The notes under the pieces: generated by a model
Databases searched by the model: none
Seen by the model: the letters and a program-made list of their open reading frames with translations, nothing else
What the model was told of the DNA's origin: nothing
In this document: positions 28,401-42,600 of the stretch, one piece after another
Layout: every line of letters begins with the position of its first letter
How positions within the stretch are numbered: the stretch's first letter is position 1
Translations under genes and position numbers: made by a program
Source of the DNA: Eledone cirrhosa
Lineage: Eukaryota
NCBI GenBank assembly: GCA_964016885.1
Contig: OZ024742.1
Span: 341,806,001-341,870,000, forward strand
DNA: 64,000 nucleotides
Direction of reading: 5' to 3'

Positions 28401-31400
28401 CGAGAGTGTAGCTTCATTACAATATTTATTAAAACCCTGTTTTACTCTACACGGTACATCAGTGTTCTATCCGGAGTGTTAGCTTCATTACAATATTTAG
28501 TAAAACCCTGTATCACCCTACACGGTACATCAGTGTTCTATCGGGAGTGTTAGCTTCATTACAATATTTAGTAAAACCCTGTTTCACGCTACACGGTACA
28601 TCAGTGCTCTATCGAGAGTGTTAGCTTCATTACAATATTTAGTAAAACCCTGTTTCACGCTACACGGTTCATCAGTGCTCTATCGAGAGTGTTAGCTTCA
28701 TTACAATATTTAGTAAAACCCTGTTTCACGCTACACGGTACATCAGTGCTCTATCGAGAGTGTTAGCTTCATTACAACATTTATTAAAACCCTGTTTCAC
28801 TCTACACGGTACATCACTGTTCTATCGAGAGTTTTAGCTTCATTACAATATTTAGTAAAACCCTGTTTCACTCTACACGGTACATCAGTGCTCTATCGAT
28901 AGTGTTAGCTTCATTACAATATTCATTAAAACCCTGTTTCACTCTACACGGTACATCAGTGCTCTATCGAGAGTGTTAGCTTTATAACAATATTTATTAA
29001 AACCCTGTTTCACTCTACACGGTACATCAGTGCTCTATCGAGAGCGTTAGCTTCTTTACAATATTTATTAAAATCCTGTTTCACTCTACACGGTACATCA
29101 GTGTTCTATCGAGAGTGTTAGCTTCATTACAGTATTTAGTAAAACCCTGTTTCACTCTACTCGATACATCGGTGTTCTATCGAGAGTGTAGCTTCATTAC
29201 AATATTTATTAAAACCCTGTTTCACTCTACTCGGTATATCAGTGCTCTATTGAGAGTGTTAGCTTCATTACAATTTTTATTAAAACCCTGTTTCAAGCTA
29301 CACGGTTCATCAGTGTTCTGTCGGGAGTGTTAGCTTCATTACAATATTTATTAAAACCCTGTTTCACTCTACACGGTACATCAGTGTTCTATCGGGAGTG
29401 TTAGCTTCATTACGATATTTAGTAAAATCCTGTTTCACTCTACACGGTACATCAGTGTTCTATCGAGAGTGTTAGCTTCATTACAATATTTAGTAAAACC
29501 CTGTTTCACGCTACACGGTACATCAGTGCTCTATCGAGAGTGTTAGCTTCATTACAATATTTATTAAAAACCTGTTTCACTCTACACGGTACATTAGTGT
29601 TCTATCGGGAGTGTTAGCTTCATTACAATATTTAGTAAAACCCTGTATCACCCTACACGGTACATCAGTGTTCTATCGGGAGTGTTAGCTTCATTACAAT
29701 ATTTAGTAAAACCCTGTTTCACGCTACACGGTACATCAGTGCTCTATCGAGAGTGTTAGCTTCATTACAATATTTAGTAAAACCCTGTTTCACGCTACAC
29801 GGTTCATCAGTGCTCTATCGAGAGTGTTAGCTTCATTACAATATTTAGTAAAACCCTGTTTCACGCTACACGGTACATCAGTGCTCTATCGAGAGTGTTA
29901 GCTTCATTACAACATTTATTAAAACCCTGTTTCACTCTACACGGTACATCACTGTTCTATCGAGAGTTTTAGCTTCATTACAATATTTAGTAAAACCCTG
30001 TTTCACTCTACACGGTACATCAGTGCTCTATCGATAGTGTTAGCTTCATTACAATATTCATTAAAACCCTGTTTCACTCTACACGGTACATCAGTGCTCT
30101 ATCGAGAGTGTTAGCTTTATAACAATATTTATTAAAACCCTGTTTCACTCTACACGGTACATCAGTGCTCTATCGAGAGCGTTAGCTTCTTTACAATATT
30201 TATTAAAATCCTGTTTCACTCTACACGGTACATCAGTGTTCTATCGAGAGTGTTAGCTTCATTACAGTATTTAGTAAAACCCTGTTTCACTCTACTCGAT
30301 ACATCAGTGTTCTATCGAGAGTGTAGCTTCATTACAATATTTATTAAAACCCTGTTTCACTCTACTCGGTATATCAGTGCTCTATTGAGAGTGTTAGCTT
30401 CATTACAATTTTTATTAAAACCCTGTTTCAAGCTACACGGTTCATCAGTGTTCTGTCGGGAGTGTTAGCTTCATTACAATATTTATTAAAACCCTGTTTC
30501 ACTCTACACGGTACATCAGTGTTCTATCGGGAGTGTTAGCTTCATTACGATATTTAGTAAAATCCTGTTTCACTCTACACGGTACATTAGTGTTCTATCG
30601 GGAGTGTTAGCTTCATTACAATATTTATTAAAACCCTGTTTCACTCTACACGGTACATCAGTGCTCTATCGGGAGTGTTAGCTTCATTACAATATTTAGT
30701 AAAACCCTGTTTCACTCTACACGGTACATCAGTGTTCTATCGAGAGTGTTAGCTTCATTACAATATTTAGTAAAACCCTGTTTCACCCTACACTGTACAT
30801 CAGTACTCTATCGAGAGTGTTAGCTTCATTACAATATTTATTAAAACCCTGTTTCACACTACCCGGTACACCAGTGTTCTATCGAGAGTGTTACCTTCAT
30901 TACAATATTTATTAAAACCCTGTTTCACTCTACACGGTACATCAGTGTTCTATCGGGAGTGTTAGCTTCATTACAATATTTATTAAAACCCTGTTTCACT
31001 CTACACGGTACACCAGTGTTCTATCGAGAGTGTTAGCTTCATTACAATATTTAGCAAAACCCTGTTTCACTCTTCACGGTACATCAGTGCTCTATCGAGA
31101 GTGTTAGCTTCATTACAATATTTAGTAAAACCCTGTTTCACTCTAGACTGTACATCAATGTTCTATCGAGAGTGTAGCTTCATTACAATATTTATTAAAA
31201 CCCTGTTTCACTCTACACGGTACATCAGTGCTCTATCGAGAATGTTAGCTTCATTACAATATTTAGTAAAACCCCGTTTCACTCTACACGGTACATCAGT
31301 GCTCTATCGAGAGTGTTCGCTTTATAACAATATTTATTAAAACACTGTTTCACTCTACAAGGTACATCAGTGTTCTAACGAGAGTGTTAGCTTCATTACA

Positions 31401-34400
31401 ATATTCATTAAAACCCTGTTTCACTCTACACGGTACATCAGTGCTCTATCGAGAGTGTTAGCTTTATAACAATATTTATTAAAACCCTGTTTCACTCTAC
31501 ACGGTACATCAGTGCTCTATCGAGAGCGTTTGCTTCATTACAATATTTAGTAAAACCCTGTTTCACTCTACACGATACATCAGTGCTCTATCGAGAGTGT
31601 AGCTTCATTACAATATTTATTAAAACCCTGTTTTACTCTACACGGTACATCAGTGTTCTATCCGGAGTGTTAGCTTCATTACAATATTTAGTAAAACCCT
31701 GTATCACCCTACACGGTACATCAGTGTTCTATCGGGAGTGTTAGCTTCATTACAATATTTAGTAAAACCCTGTTTCACGCTACACGGTACATCAGTGCTC
31801 TATCGAGAGTGTTAGCTTCATTACAATATTTAGTAAAACCCTGTTTCACGCTACACGGTACATCAGTGCTCTATCGAGAGTGTTAGCTTCATTACAATAT
31901 TTAGTAAAACCCTGTTTCACGCTACACGGTACATCAGTGCTCTATCGAGAGTGTTAGCTTCATTACAACATTTATTAAAAGCCTGTTTCACTCTACACGG
32001 TACATCACTGTTCTATCGAGAGTTTTAGCTTCATTACAATATTTAGTAAAACCCTGTTTCACTCTACACGGTACATCAGTGCTCTATCGATAGTGTTAGC
32101 TTCATTACAATATTCATTAAAACCCTGTTTCACTCTACACGGTACATCAGTGCTCTATCGAGAGTGTTAGCTTTATAACAATATTTATTAAAACCCTGTT
32201 TCACTCTACACGGTACATCAGTGCTCTATCGAGAGCGTTAGCTTCTTTACAATATTTATTAAAATCCTGTTTCACTCTACACGGTACATCAGTGTTCTAT
32301 CGAGAGTGTTAGCTTCATTACAGTATTTAGTAAAACCCTGTTTCACTCTACTCGATACATCAGTGTTCTATCGAGAGTGTAGCTTCATTACAATATTTAT
32401 TAAAACCCTGTTTCACTCTACTCGGTATATCAGTGCTCTATTGAGAGTGTTAGCTTCATTACAATTTTTATTAAAACCCTGTTTCAAGCTACACGGTTCA
32501 TCAGTGTTCTGTCGGGAGTGTTAGCTTCATTACAATATTTATTAAAACCCTGTTTCACTCTACACGGTACATCAGTGTTCTATCGGGAGTGTTAGCTTCA
32601 TTACGATATTTAGTAAAACCCTGTTTCACGCTACACGGTACATCAGTGCTCTATCGAGAGTGTTAGCTTCATTACAATATTTATTAAAACCCTGTTTCAC
32701 TCTACACGGTACATTAGTGTTCTATCGGGAGTGTTAGCTTCATTACAATATTTATTAAAACCCTGTTTCACTCTACACGGTACATCAGTGCTCTATCGGG
32801 AGTGTTAGCTTCATTACAATATTTAGTAAAACCCTGTTTCACTCTACACGGTACATCAGTGTTCTATCGAGAGTGTTAGCTTCATTACAATATTTAGTAA
32901 AACCCTGTTTCACCCTACACTGTACATCAGTACTCTATCGAGAGTGTTAGCTTCATTACAATATTTATTAAAACCCTGTTTCACTCTACCCGGTACACCA
33001 GTGTTCTATCGAGAGTGTTACCTTCATTACAATATTTATTAAAACCCTGTTTCACTCTACACGGTACATCAGTGTTCTATCGGGAGTGTTAGCTTCATTA
33101 CAATATTTAGTAAAACCCTGTTTCACTCTACACGGTACACCAGTGTTCTATCGAGAGTGTTAGCTTCATTACAATATTTAGCAAAACCCTGTTTCACTCT
33201 TCATGGTACATCAGTGCTCTATCGAGAGTGTTAGCTTCATTACAATATTTAGTAAAACCCTGTTTCACTCTAGACGGTACATCAATGTTCTATCGAGAGT
33301 GTAGCTTCATTACAATATTTATTAAAACCCTGTTTCACTCTACACGGTACATCAGTGCTCTATCGAGAATGTTAGCTTCATTACAATATTTAGTAAAACC
33401 CCGTTTCACTCTACACGGTACATCAGTGCTCTATCGAGAGTGTTAGCTTTATAACAATATTTATTAAAACCCTGTTTCACTCTACAAGGTAAATCAGTGT
33501 TCTAACGAGAGTGTTAGCTTCATTACAATATTCATTAAAACCCTGTTTCACTCTACACGGTACATCAGTGCTCTATCGAGAGTGTTTGCTTTATAACAAT
33601 ATTTATTAAAACCCTGTTTCACTCTACACGGTACATCAGTGCTCTATCGAGAGCGTTAGCTTCATTACAATATTTAGTAAAACCCTGTTTCACTCTACAC
33701 GATACATCAGTGCTCTATCGAGAGTGTAGCTTCATTACAATATTTATTAAAACCCTGTTTTACTCTACACGGTACATCAGTGTTCTATCCGGAGTGTTAG
33801 CTTCATTACAATATTTAGTAAAACCCTGTTTCACGCTACACGGTACATCAGTGCTCTATCGAGAGTGTTAGCTTCATTACAATATTTAGTAAAACCCTGT
33901 TTCACGCTACACGGTACATCAGTGCTCTATCGAGAGTGTTAGCTTCATTACAACATTTATTAAAAGCCTGTTTCACTCTACACGGTACATCACTGTTCTA
34001 TCGAGAGTTTTAGCTTCATTACAATATTTAGTAAAACCCTGTTTCACTCTACACGGTACATCAGTGCTCTATCGATAGTGTTAGCTTCATTACAATATTC
34101 ATTAAAACCCTGTTTCACTCTACACGGTACATCAGTGCTCTATCGAGAGTGTTAGCTTTATAACAATATTTATTAAAACCCTGTTTCACTCTACACGGTA
34201 CATCAGTGCTCTATCGAGAGCGTTAGCTTCTTTACAATATTTATTAAAATCCTGTTTCACTCTACACGGTACATCAGTGTTCTATCGAGAGTGTTAGCTT
34301 CATTACAGTATTTAGTAAAACCCTGTTTCACTCTACTCGATACATCAGTGTTCTATCGAGAGTGTAGCTTCATTACAATATTTATTAAAACCCTGTTTCA

Positions 34401-37400
34401 CTCTACTCGGTATATCAGTGCTCTATTGAGAGTGTTAGCTTCATTACAATTTTTATTAAAACCCTGTTTCAAGCTACACGGTTCATCAGTGTTCTGTCGG
34501 GAGTGTTAGCTTCATTACAATATTTATTAAAACCCTGTTTCACTCTACACGGTACATCAGTGTTCTATCGGGAGTGTTAGCTTCATTACGATATTTAGTA
34601 AAATCCTGTTTCACTCTACATGGTACATCAGTGTTCTATCGAGAGTGTTAGCTTCATTACAATATTTAGTAAAACCCTGTTTCACGCTACACGGTACATC
34701 AGTGCTCTATCGAGAGTGTTAGCTTCATTACAATATTTATTAAAACCCTGTTTCACTCTACACGGTACATTAGTGTTCTATCGGGAGTGTTAGCTTCATT
34801 ACAATATTTATTAAAACCCTGTTTCACTCTACACGGTACATCAGTGCTCTATCGGGAGTGTTAGCTTCATTACAATATTTAGTAAAACCCTGTTTCACTC
34901 TACACGGTACATCAGTGTTCTATCGAGAGTGTTAGCTTCATTACAATATTTAGTAAAACCCTGTTTCACCCTACACTGTACATCAGTACTCTATCGAGAG
35001 TGTTAGCTTCATTACAATATTTATTAAAACCCTGTTTCACTCTACCCGGTACACCAGTGTTCTATCGAGAGTGTTACCTTCATTACAATATTTATTAAAA
35101 CCCTGTTTCACTCTACACGGTACATCAGTGTTCTATCGGGAGTGTTAGCTTCATTACAATATTTAGTAAAACCCTGTTTCACTCTACACGGTACACCAGT
35201 GTTCTATCGAGAGTGTTAGCTTCATTACAATATTTAGCAAAACCCTGTTTCACTCTTCATGGTACATCAGTGCTCTATCGAGAGTGTTAGCTTCATTACA
35301 ATATTTAGTAAAACCCTGTTTCACTCTAGACGGTACATCAATGTTCTATCGAGAGTGTAGCTTCATTACAATATTTATTAAAACCCTGTTTCACTCTACA
35401 CGGTACATCAGTGCTCTATCGAGAATGTTAGCTTCATTACAATATTTAGTAAAACCCCGTTTCACTCTACACGGTACATCAGTGCTCTATCGAGAGTGTT
35501 AGCTTTATAACAATATTTATTAAAACCCTGTTTCACTCTACAAGGTAAATCAGTGTTCTAACGAGAGTGTTAGCTTCATTACAATATTCATTAAAACCCT
35601 GTTTCACTCTACACGGTACATCAGTGCTCTATCGAGAGTGTTTGCTTTATAACAATATTTATTAAAACCCTGTTTCACTCTACACGGTACATCAGTGCTC
35701 TATCGAGAGCGTTAGCTTCATTACAATATTTATTAAAACCCTGTTTCAAGCTACACGGTTCATCAGTGTTCTGTCGGGAGTGTTAGCTTCATTACAATAT
35801 TTATTAAAACCCTGTTTCACTCTACACGGTACATCAGTGTTCTATCGGGAGTGTTAGCTTCATTACGATATTTAGTAAAATCCTGTTTCACTCTACACGG
35901 TACATCAGTGTTCTATCGAGAGTGTTAGCTTCATTACAATATTTAGTAAAACCCTGTTTCACGCTACACGGTACATCAGTGCTCTATCGAGAGTGTTAGC
36001 TTCATTACAATATTTATTAAAACCCTGTTTCACTCTACACGGTACATTAGTGTTCTATCGGGAGTGTTAGCTTCATTACAATATTTATTAAAACCCTGTT
36101 TCACTCTACACGGTACATCAGTGCTCTATCGGGAGTGTTAGCTTCATTACAATATTTAGTAAAACCCTGTTTCACTCTACACGGTACATCAGTGTTCTAT
36201 CGAGAGTGTTAGCTTCATTACAACATTTATTAAAAGCCTGTTTCACTCTACACGGTACATCACTGTTCTATCGAGAGTTTTAGCTTCATTACAATATTTA
36301 GTAAAACCCTGTTTCACTCTACACGGTACATCAGTGCTCTATCGATAGTGTTAGCTTCATTACAATATTCATTAAAACCCTGTTTCACTCTACACGGTAC
36401 ATCAGTGCTCTATCGAGAGTGTTAGCTTTATAACAATATTTATTAAAACCCTGTTTCACTCTACACGGTACATCAGTGCTCTATCGAGAGCGTTAGCTTC
36501 TTTACAATATTTATTAAAATCCTGTTTCACTCTACACGGTACATCAGTGTTCTATCGAGAGTGTTAGCTTCATTACAGTATTTAGTAAAACCCTGTTTCA
36601 CTCTACTCGATACATCAGTGTTCTATCGAGAGTGTAGCTTCATTACAATATTTATTAAAACCCTGTTTCACTCTACTCGGTATATCAGTGCTCTATTGAG
36701 AGTGTTAGCTTCATTACAATTTTTATTAAAACCCTGTTTCAAGCTACACGGTTCATCAGTGTTCTGTCGGGAGTGTTAGCTTCATTACAATATTTATTAA
36801 AACCCTGTTTCACTCTACACGGTACATCAGTGTTCTATCGGGAGTGTTAGCTTCATTACGATATTTAGTAAAATCCTGTTTCACTCTACATGGTACATCA
36901 GTGTTCTATCGAGAGTGTTAGCTTCATTACAATATTTAGTAAAACCCTGTTTCACGCTACACGGTACATCAGTGCTCTATCGAGAGTGTTAGCTTCATTA
37001 CAATATTTATTAAAACCCTGTTTCACTCTACACGGTACATTAGTGTTCTATCGGGAGTGTTAGCTTCATTACAATATTTATTAAAACCCTGTTTCACTCT
37101 ACACGGTACATCAGTGCTCTATCGGGAGTGTTAGCTTCATTACAATATTTAGTAAAACCCTGTTTCACTCTACACGGTACATCAGTGTTCTATCGAGAGT
37201 GTTAGCTTCATTACAATATTTAGTAAAACCCTGTTTCACCCTACACTGTACATCAGTACTCTATCGAGAGTGTTAGCTTCATTACAATATTTATTAAAAC
37301 CCTGTTTCACTCTACCCGGTACACCAGTGTTCTATCGAGAGTGTTACCTTCATTACAATATTTATTAAAACCCTGTTTCACTCTACACGGTACATCAGTG

Positions 37401-39600
37401 TTCTATCGGGAGTGTTAGCTTCATTACAATATTTAGTAAAACCCTGTTTCACTCTACACGGTACACCAGTGTTCTATCGAGAGTGTTAGCTTCATTACAA
37501 TATTTAGCAAAACCCTGTTTCACTCTTCATGGTACATCAGTGCTCTATCGAGAGTGTTAGCTTCATTACAATATTTAGTAAAACCCTGTTTCACTCTAGA
37601 CGGTACATCAATGTTCTATCGAGAGTGTAGCTTCATTACAATATTTATTAAAACCCTGTTTCACTCTACACGGTACATCAGTGCTCTATCGAGAATGTTA
37701 GCTTCATTACAATATTTAGTAAAACCCCGTTTCACTCTACACGGTACATCAGTGCTCTATCGAGAGTGTTAGCTTTATAACAATATTTATTAAAACCCTG
37801 TTTCACTCTACAAGGTAAATCAGTGTTCTAACGAGAGTGTTAGCTTCATTACAATATTCATTAAAACCCTGTTTCACTCTACACGGTACATCAGTGCTCT
37901 ATCGAGAGTGTTTGCTTTATAACAATATTTATTAAAACCCTGTTTCACTCTACACGGTACATCAGTGCTCTATCGAGAGCGTTAGCTTCATTACAATATT
38001 TATTAAAACCCTGTTTCAAGCTACACGGTTCATCAGTGTTCTGTCGGGAGTGTTAGCTTCATTACAATATTTATTAAAACCCTGTTTCACTCTACACGGT
38101 ACATCAGTGTTCTATCGGGAGTGTTAGCTTCATTACGATATTTAGTAAAATCCTGTTTCACTCTACACGGTACATCAGTGTTCTATCGAGAGTGTTAGCT
38201 TCATTACAATATTTAGTAAAACCCTGTTTCACGCTACACGGTACATCAGTGCTCTATCGAGAGTGTTAGCTTCATTACAATATTTATTAAAACCCTGTTT
38301 CACTCTACACGGTACATTAGTGTTCTATCGGGAGTGTTAGCTTCATTACAATATTTATTAAAACCCTGTTTCACTCTACACGGTACATCAGTGCTCTATC
38401 GGGAGTGTTAGCTTCATTACAATATTTAGTAAAACCCTGTTTCACTCTACACGGTACATCAGTGTTCTATCGAGAGTGTTAGCTTCATTACAATATTTAG
38501 TAAAACCCTGTTTCACCCTACACTGTACATCAGTACTCTATCGAGAGTGTTAGCTTCATTACAATATTTATTAAAACCCTGTTTCACTCTACCCGGTACA
38601 CCAGTGTTCTATCGAGAGTGTTACCTTCATTACAATATTTATTAAAACCCTGTTTCACTCTACACGGTACATCAGTGTTCTATCGGGAGTGTTAGCTTCA
38701 TTACAATATTTAGTAAAACCCTGTTTCACTCTACACGGTACACCAGTGTTCTATCGAGAGTGTTAGCTTCATTACAATATTTAGCAAAACCCTGTTTCAC
38801 TCTTCATGGTACATCAGTGCTCTATCGAGAGTGTTAGCTTCATTACAATATTTAGTAAAACCCTGTTTCACTCTAGACGGTACATCAATGTTCTATCGAG
38901 AGTGTAGCTTCATTACAATATTTATTAAAACCCTGTTTCACTCTACACGGTACATCAGTGCTCTATCGAGAATGTTAGCTTCATTACAATATTTAGTAAA
39001 ACCCCGTTTCACTCTACACGGTACATCAGTGCTCTATCGAGAGTGTTAGCTTTATAACAATATTTATTAAAACCCTGTTTCACTCTACAAGGTAAATCAG
39101 TGTTCTAACGAGAGTGTTAGCTTCATTACAATATTCATTAAAACCCTGTTTCACTCTACACGGTACATCAGTGCTCTATCGAGAGTGTTTGCTTTATAAC
39201 AATATTTATTAAAACCCTGTTTCACTCTACACGGTACATCAGTGCTCTATCGAGAGCGTTAGCTTCATTACAATATTTAGTAAAACCCTGTTTCACTCTA
39301 CACGATACATCAGTGCTCTATCGAGAGTGTAGCTTCATTACAATATTTATTAAAACCCTGTTTTACTCTACACGGTACATCAGTGTTCTATCCGGAGTGT
39401 TAGCTTCATTACAATATTTAGTAAAACCCTGTATCACCCTACACGGTACATCAGTGTTCTATCGGGAGTGTTAGCTTCATTACAATATTTAGTAAAACCC
39501 TGTTTCACGCTACACGGTACATCAGTGCTCTATCGAGAGTGTTAGCTTCATTACAATATTTAGTAAAACCCTGTTTGACGCTACACGGTACATCAGTGCT
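19500..39600 (+). repeat. Central higher-order-repeat domain with eight variable-length copies of a roughly 30-monomer unit
   Basis: The markers CCCCGTTT and CTACAAGG...CTAACGAG recur 8 times. The associated ORF starts are 19895, 24151, 27910, 31101, 33228, 35284, 37554 and 38831, i.e. spacings of 60, 53, 45, 30, 29, 32 and 18 monomers. Confidence 0.85.
33940..38490 (+). repeat. Tandem duplication of a 2270-bp (32-monomer) block with a nested 1277-bp (18-monomer) period
   Basis: CAACATTTATTAAAAGCCTG is at 33951 and 36221, and ORFs 34291/35284 match 36561/37554 (offset 2270 = 32x71-2). AAGCTACACGGTTC is at 34471/35748 and 36741/38018 (offset 1277 = 18x71-1). Confidence 0.88.
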
Positions 39601-42600
39601 CTATCGAGAGTGTTAGCTTCATTACAATATTTATTAAAACCCTGTTTCACTCTACACGGTACATCACTGTTCTATCGAGAGTTTTAGCTTCATCACAATA
39701 TTTAGTAAAACCCTGTTTCACTCTACACGGTACATCAGTGCTCTATCGAGAGTGTTAGCTTCATTACAATATTCATTAAAACCCTGTTTCACTCTACACG
39801 GTACATCAGTGCTCTATCGAGTGTGTTAGCTTTATAACAATATTTATTAAAACCCTGTTTCACACTACACGGTACATCAGTGCTCTATCGAGAGCGTTAG
39901 CTTCTTTACAATATTTATTAAAACCCTGTTTCACTCTACACGGTACATCAGTGTTCTATCGAGAGTGTTAGCTTCATTACAATATTTAGTGAAACCCTGT
40001 TTCACTCTACTCGATACATCAGTGTTCTATCGAGAGTGTAGCTGCATTACAATATTTAGTAAAACCCTGTTTCACTCTACACGGTACATCAGTGCTCTAT
40101 CGAGAGTGTTAGCTTCATTACAATATTCATTAAAACCCTGTTTCACTCTACACGGTACATCAGTGCTCTATCGAGAGTGTTAGCTTCATTACAATATTCA
40201 TTAAAACCCTGTTTCAATCTACACGGTACATCAGTGCTCTATCGAGAGTGTTAGCTTTATAACAATATTTATTAAAACCCTGTTTCACTCTACACGGTAC
40301 ATCAGTGCTCTATCGAGAGCGTTAGCTTCTTTACAATATTTATTAAAACCCTGTTTCACTCTACACGGTACATCAGTGTTCTATCGAGAGTGTTAGCTTC
40401 ATTAAAATATTTAGTAAAACCCTGTTTCACTCTACTCGATACATCAGTGTTCTATCGAGAGTGTAGCTTCATTACAATTTTTATTAAAACCCTGTTTCAA
40501 GCTACACGGTACATCAGTGTTCTGTCGGGAGTGTTAGCTTCATTACAATATTTAGTAAAACCCTGTTTCACTCTACACGGTACATCAGTGTTCTATCGGG
40601 AGTGTTAGCTTCATTACGATATTTAGTAAAACCCTGTTTCACTCTACACGGTACATCAGTGTTCTATCGAGAGTGTTAACTTCATTACAATATTTATTAA
40701 AACCCTGTTTCACTCTACACGGTACACCAGTGTTCTATCGAGAGTGTTAGCTTCATTACAATATTTATTAAAACCCTGTTTCACTCTACACGGTACATCA
40801 GTGTTCTATCGAGAGTGTTAGCTTTATAACAATATTTATTAAAACCCTGTTTCACTCTACGCGGTACATCAGTGCTCTATCGAGAGTGTTAGCTTCATTA
40901 CAATATTTAGTAAAACCCTGTTTCACTCTACACGGTACATCAGTGTTCTATCGAGAGTGTTAGCTTCATTACAATATTTAGTAAGACCCTGTTTCACCCT
41001 ACACGGTACACCAGTCTTCTATGGGGAGTGTTAACTTCATTACAATATTTATTAAAACCCTGTTTCAATCTACACGGTACATCAGTGTTCTATCGAGAGT
41101 GTTAGCTTCATTATAATATTTAGTAAAACCCTGTTTCACAATACACGGTATGCCAGTCTTTTATGGAGAGTGTTAACTTCATTACAATATTTATTAAAAC
41201 CCTGTTTCACTCTACACGGTACATCAGTGCTCTATCGAGAGTGTTAGCTTCATTGCAATATTTATTAAAACCCTGTTTCACTCTACACGGTACACCAGTG
41301 TTCTATCGAGAGTATTAGCTTCATTACAATATTTATTAAAACCCTGTTTCACTCTACACGGTACATCAGTGTTCTATCGAGAGTGTTAGCTTCATTACAA
41401 TATTTAGTAAGACCCTGTTTCACTCTACACGGTACACCAGTCTTCTATGGGGAGTGTTAACTTCATTACAATATTTATTAAAACCCTGATTCACTCTACA
41501 CGGTACACCAGTGCTCTATCGGGAGTGTTAGCTTCATTACAAAATTTAGTAAAACCCTGTTTCACTCTACACGGTACATCAGTGTTCTATCGAGAGTGTT
41601 AGCTTCATTACAATATTTAGTAAAACCCTGTTTCAATCTACACGGTATATCAGTGTTCTATCGGGAGTGTTAGCTTCATTACAATATTTAGTAAAACCCT
41701 GTTTCACTCTACACGGTACATCAGTGTTCTATCGAGAGTGTTAGCTTCATTACAATATTTAGTAAAACCCTGTTTCACTCTACACGGTACATTAGTACTC
41801 TATCGAGAGTGTTAGCTTTATAACAATGTTTATTAAAACCCTGTTTCATTCTACACGGTACATCAGTGCTCTATCGAGAGTGTTAGCTTTATAACAATAT
41901 TTATTAAAACCCTGTTTCACTCTACACGGTACATCAGTGTTCTATCGAGAGTGTTAGCTTCATTACAGTATTTAGTAAAAACTGTTTCACTCTACACGGT
42001 ACATCAGTGTTCTATCGAGAGTGTTAGCTTCATTACAATATTCATTAAAACCCTGTTTCACTCTACACGGTACATCAGTGCTCTATCGAGAGTGTTAGCT
42101 TTATAACAATATTTATTAAAACCCTGTTTCACTCTACACGGTACATCAGTGCTCTATCGAGAGCGTTAGCTTCTTTACATTATTTATTAAAACCCTGTTT
42201 CACTCTACACGGTACATCAGTGTTCTATCGAGAGTGTTAGCTTCATTACAATATTTAGTAAAACCCTGTTTCACTCTACACGATACATCAGTGCTCTATC
42301 GAGAGTGTAGCTTCATTACAATATTTATTAAAACCCTGTTTTACACTACACGGTACATCAGTGCTCTATCGAGAGTGTTATCTTCATTATAATATTTATT
42401 AAAACCCTGTTTCAATCTACACGGTACATCAGTGTTCTATCGGGAGTGTTAGCTTCATTACAATATTTAGTAAAACGCTGTTTCACTCTACACGGTACAC
42501 CAGTCTTCTATGGGGAGTGTTAACTTCATTACAATATTTATTAAAACCCTGTTTCACTCTACACGGTACATCAGTGTTCTATCGAGAGTGTTAGCTTCAT

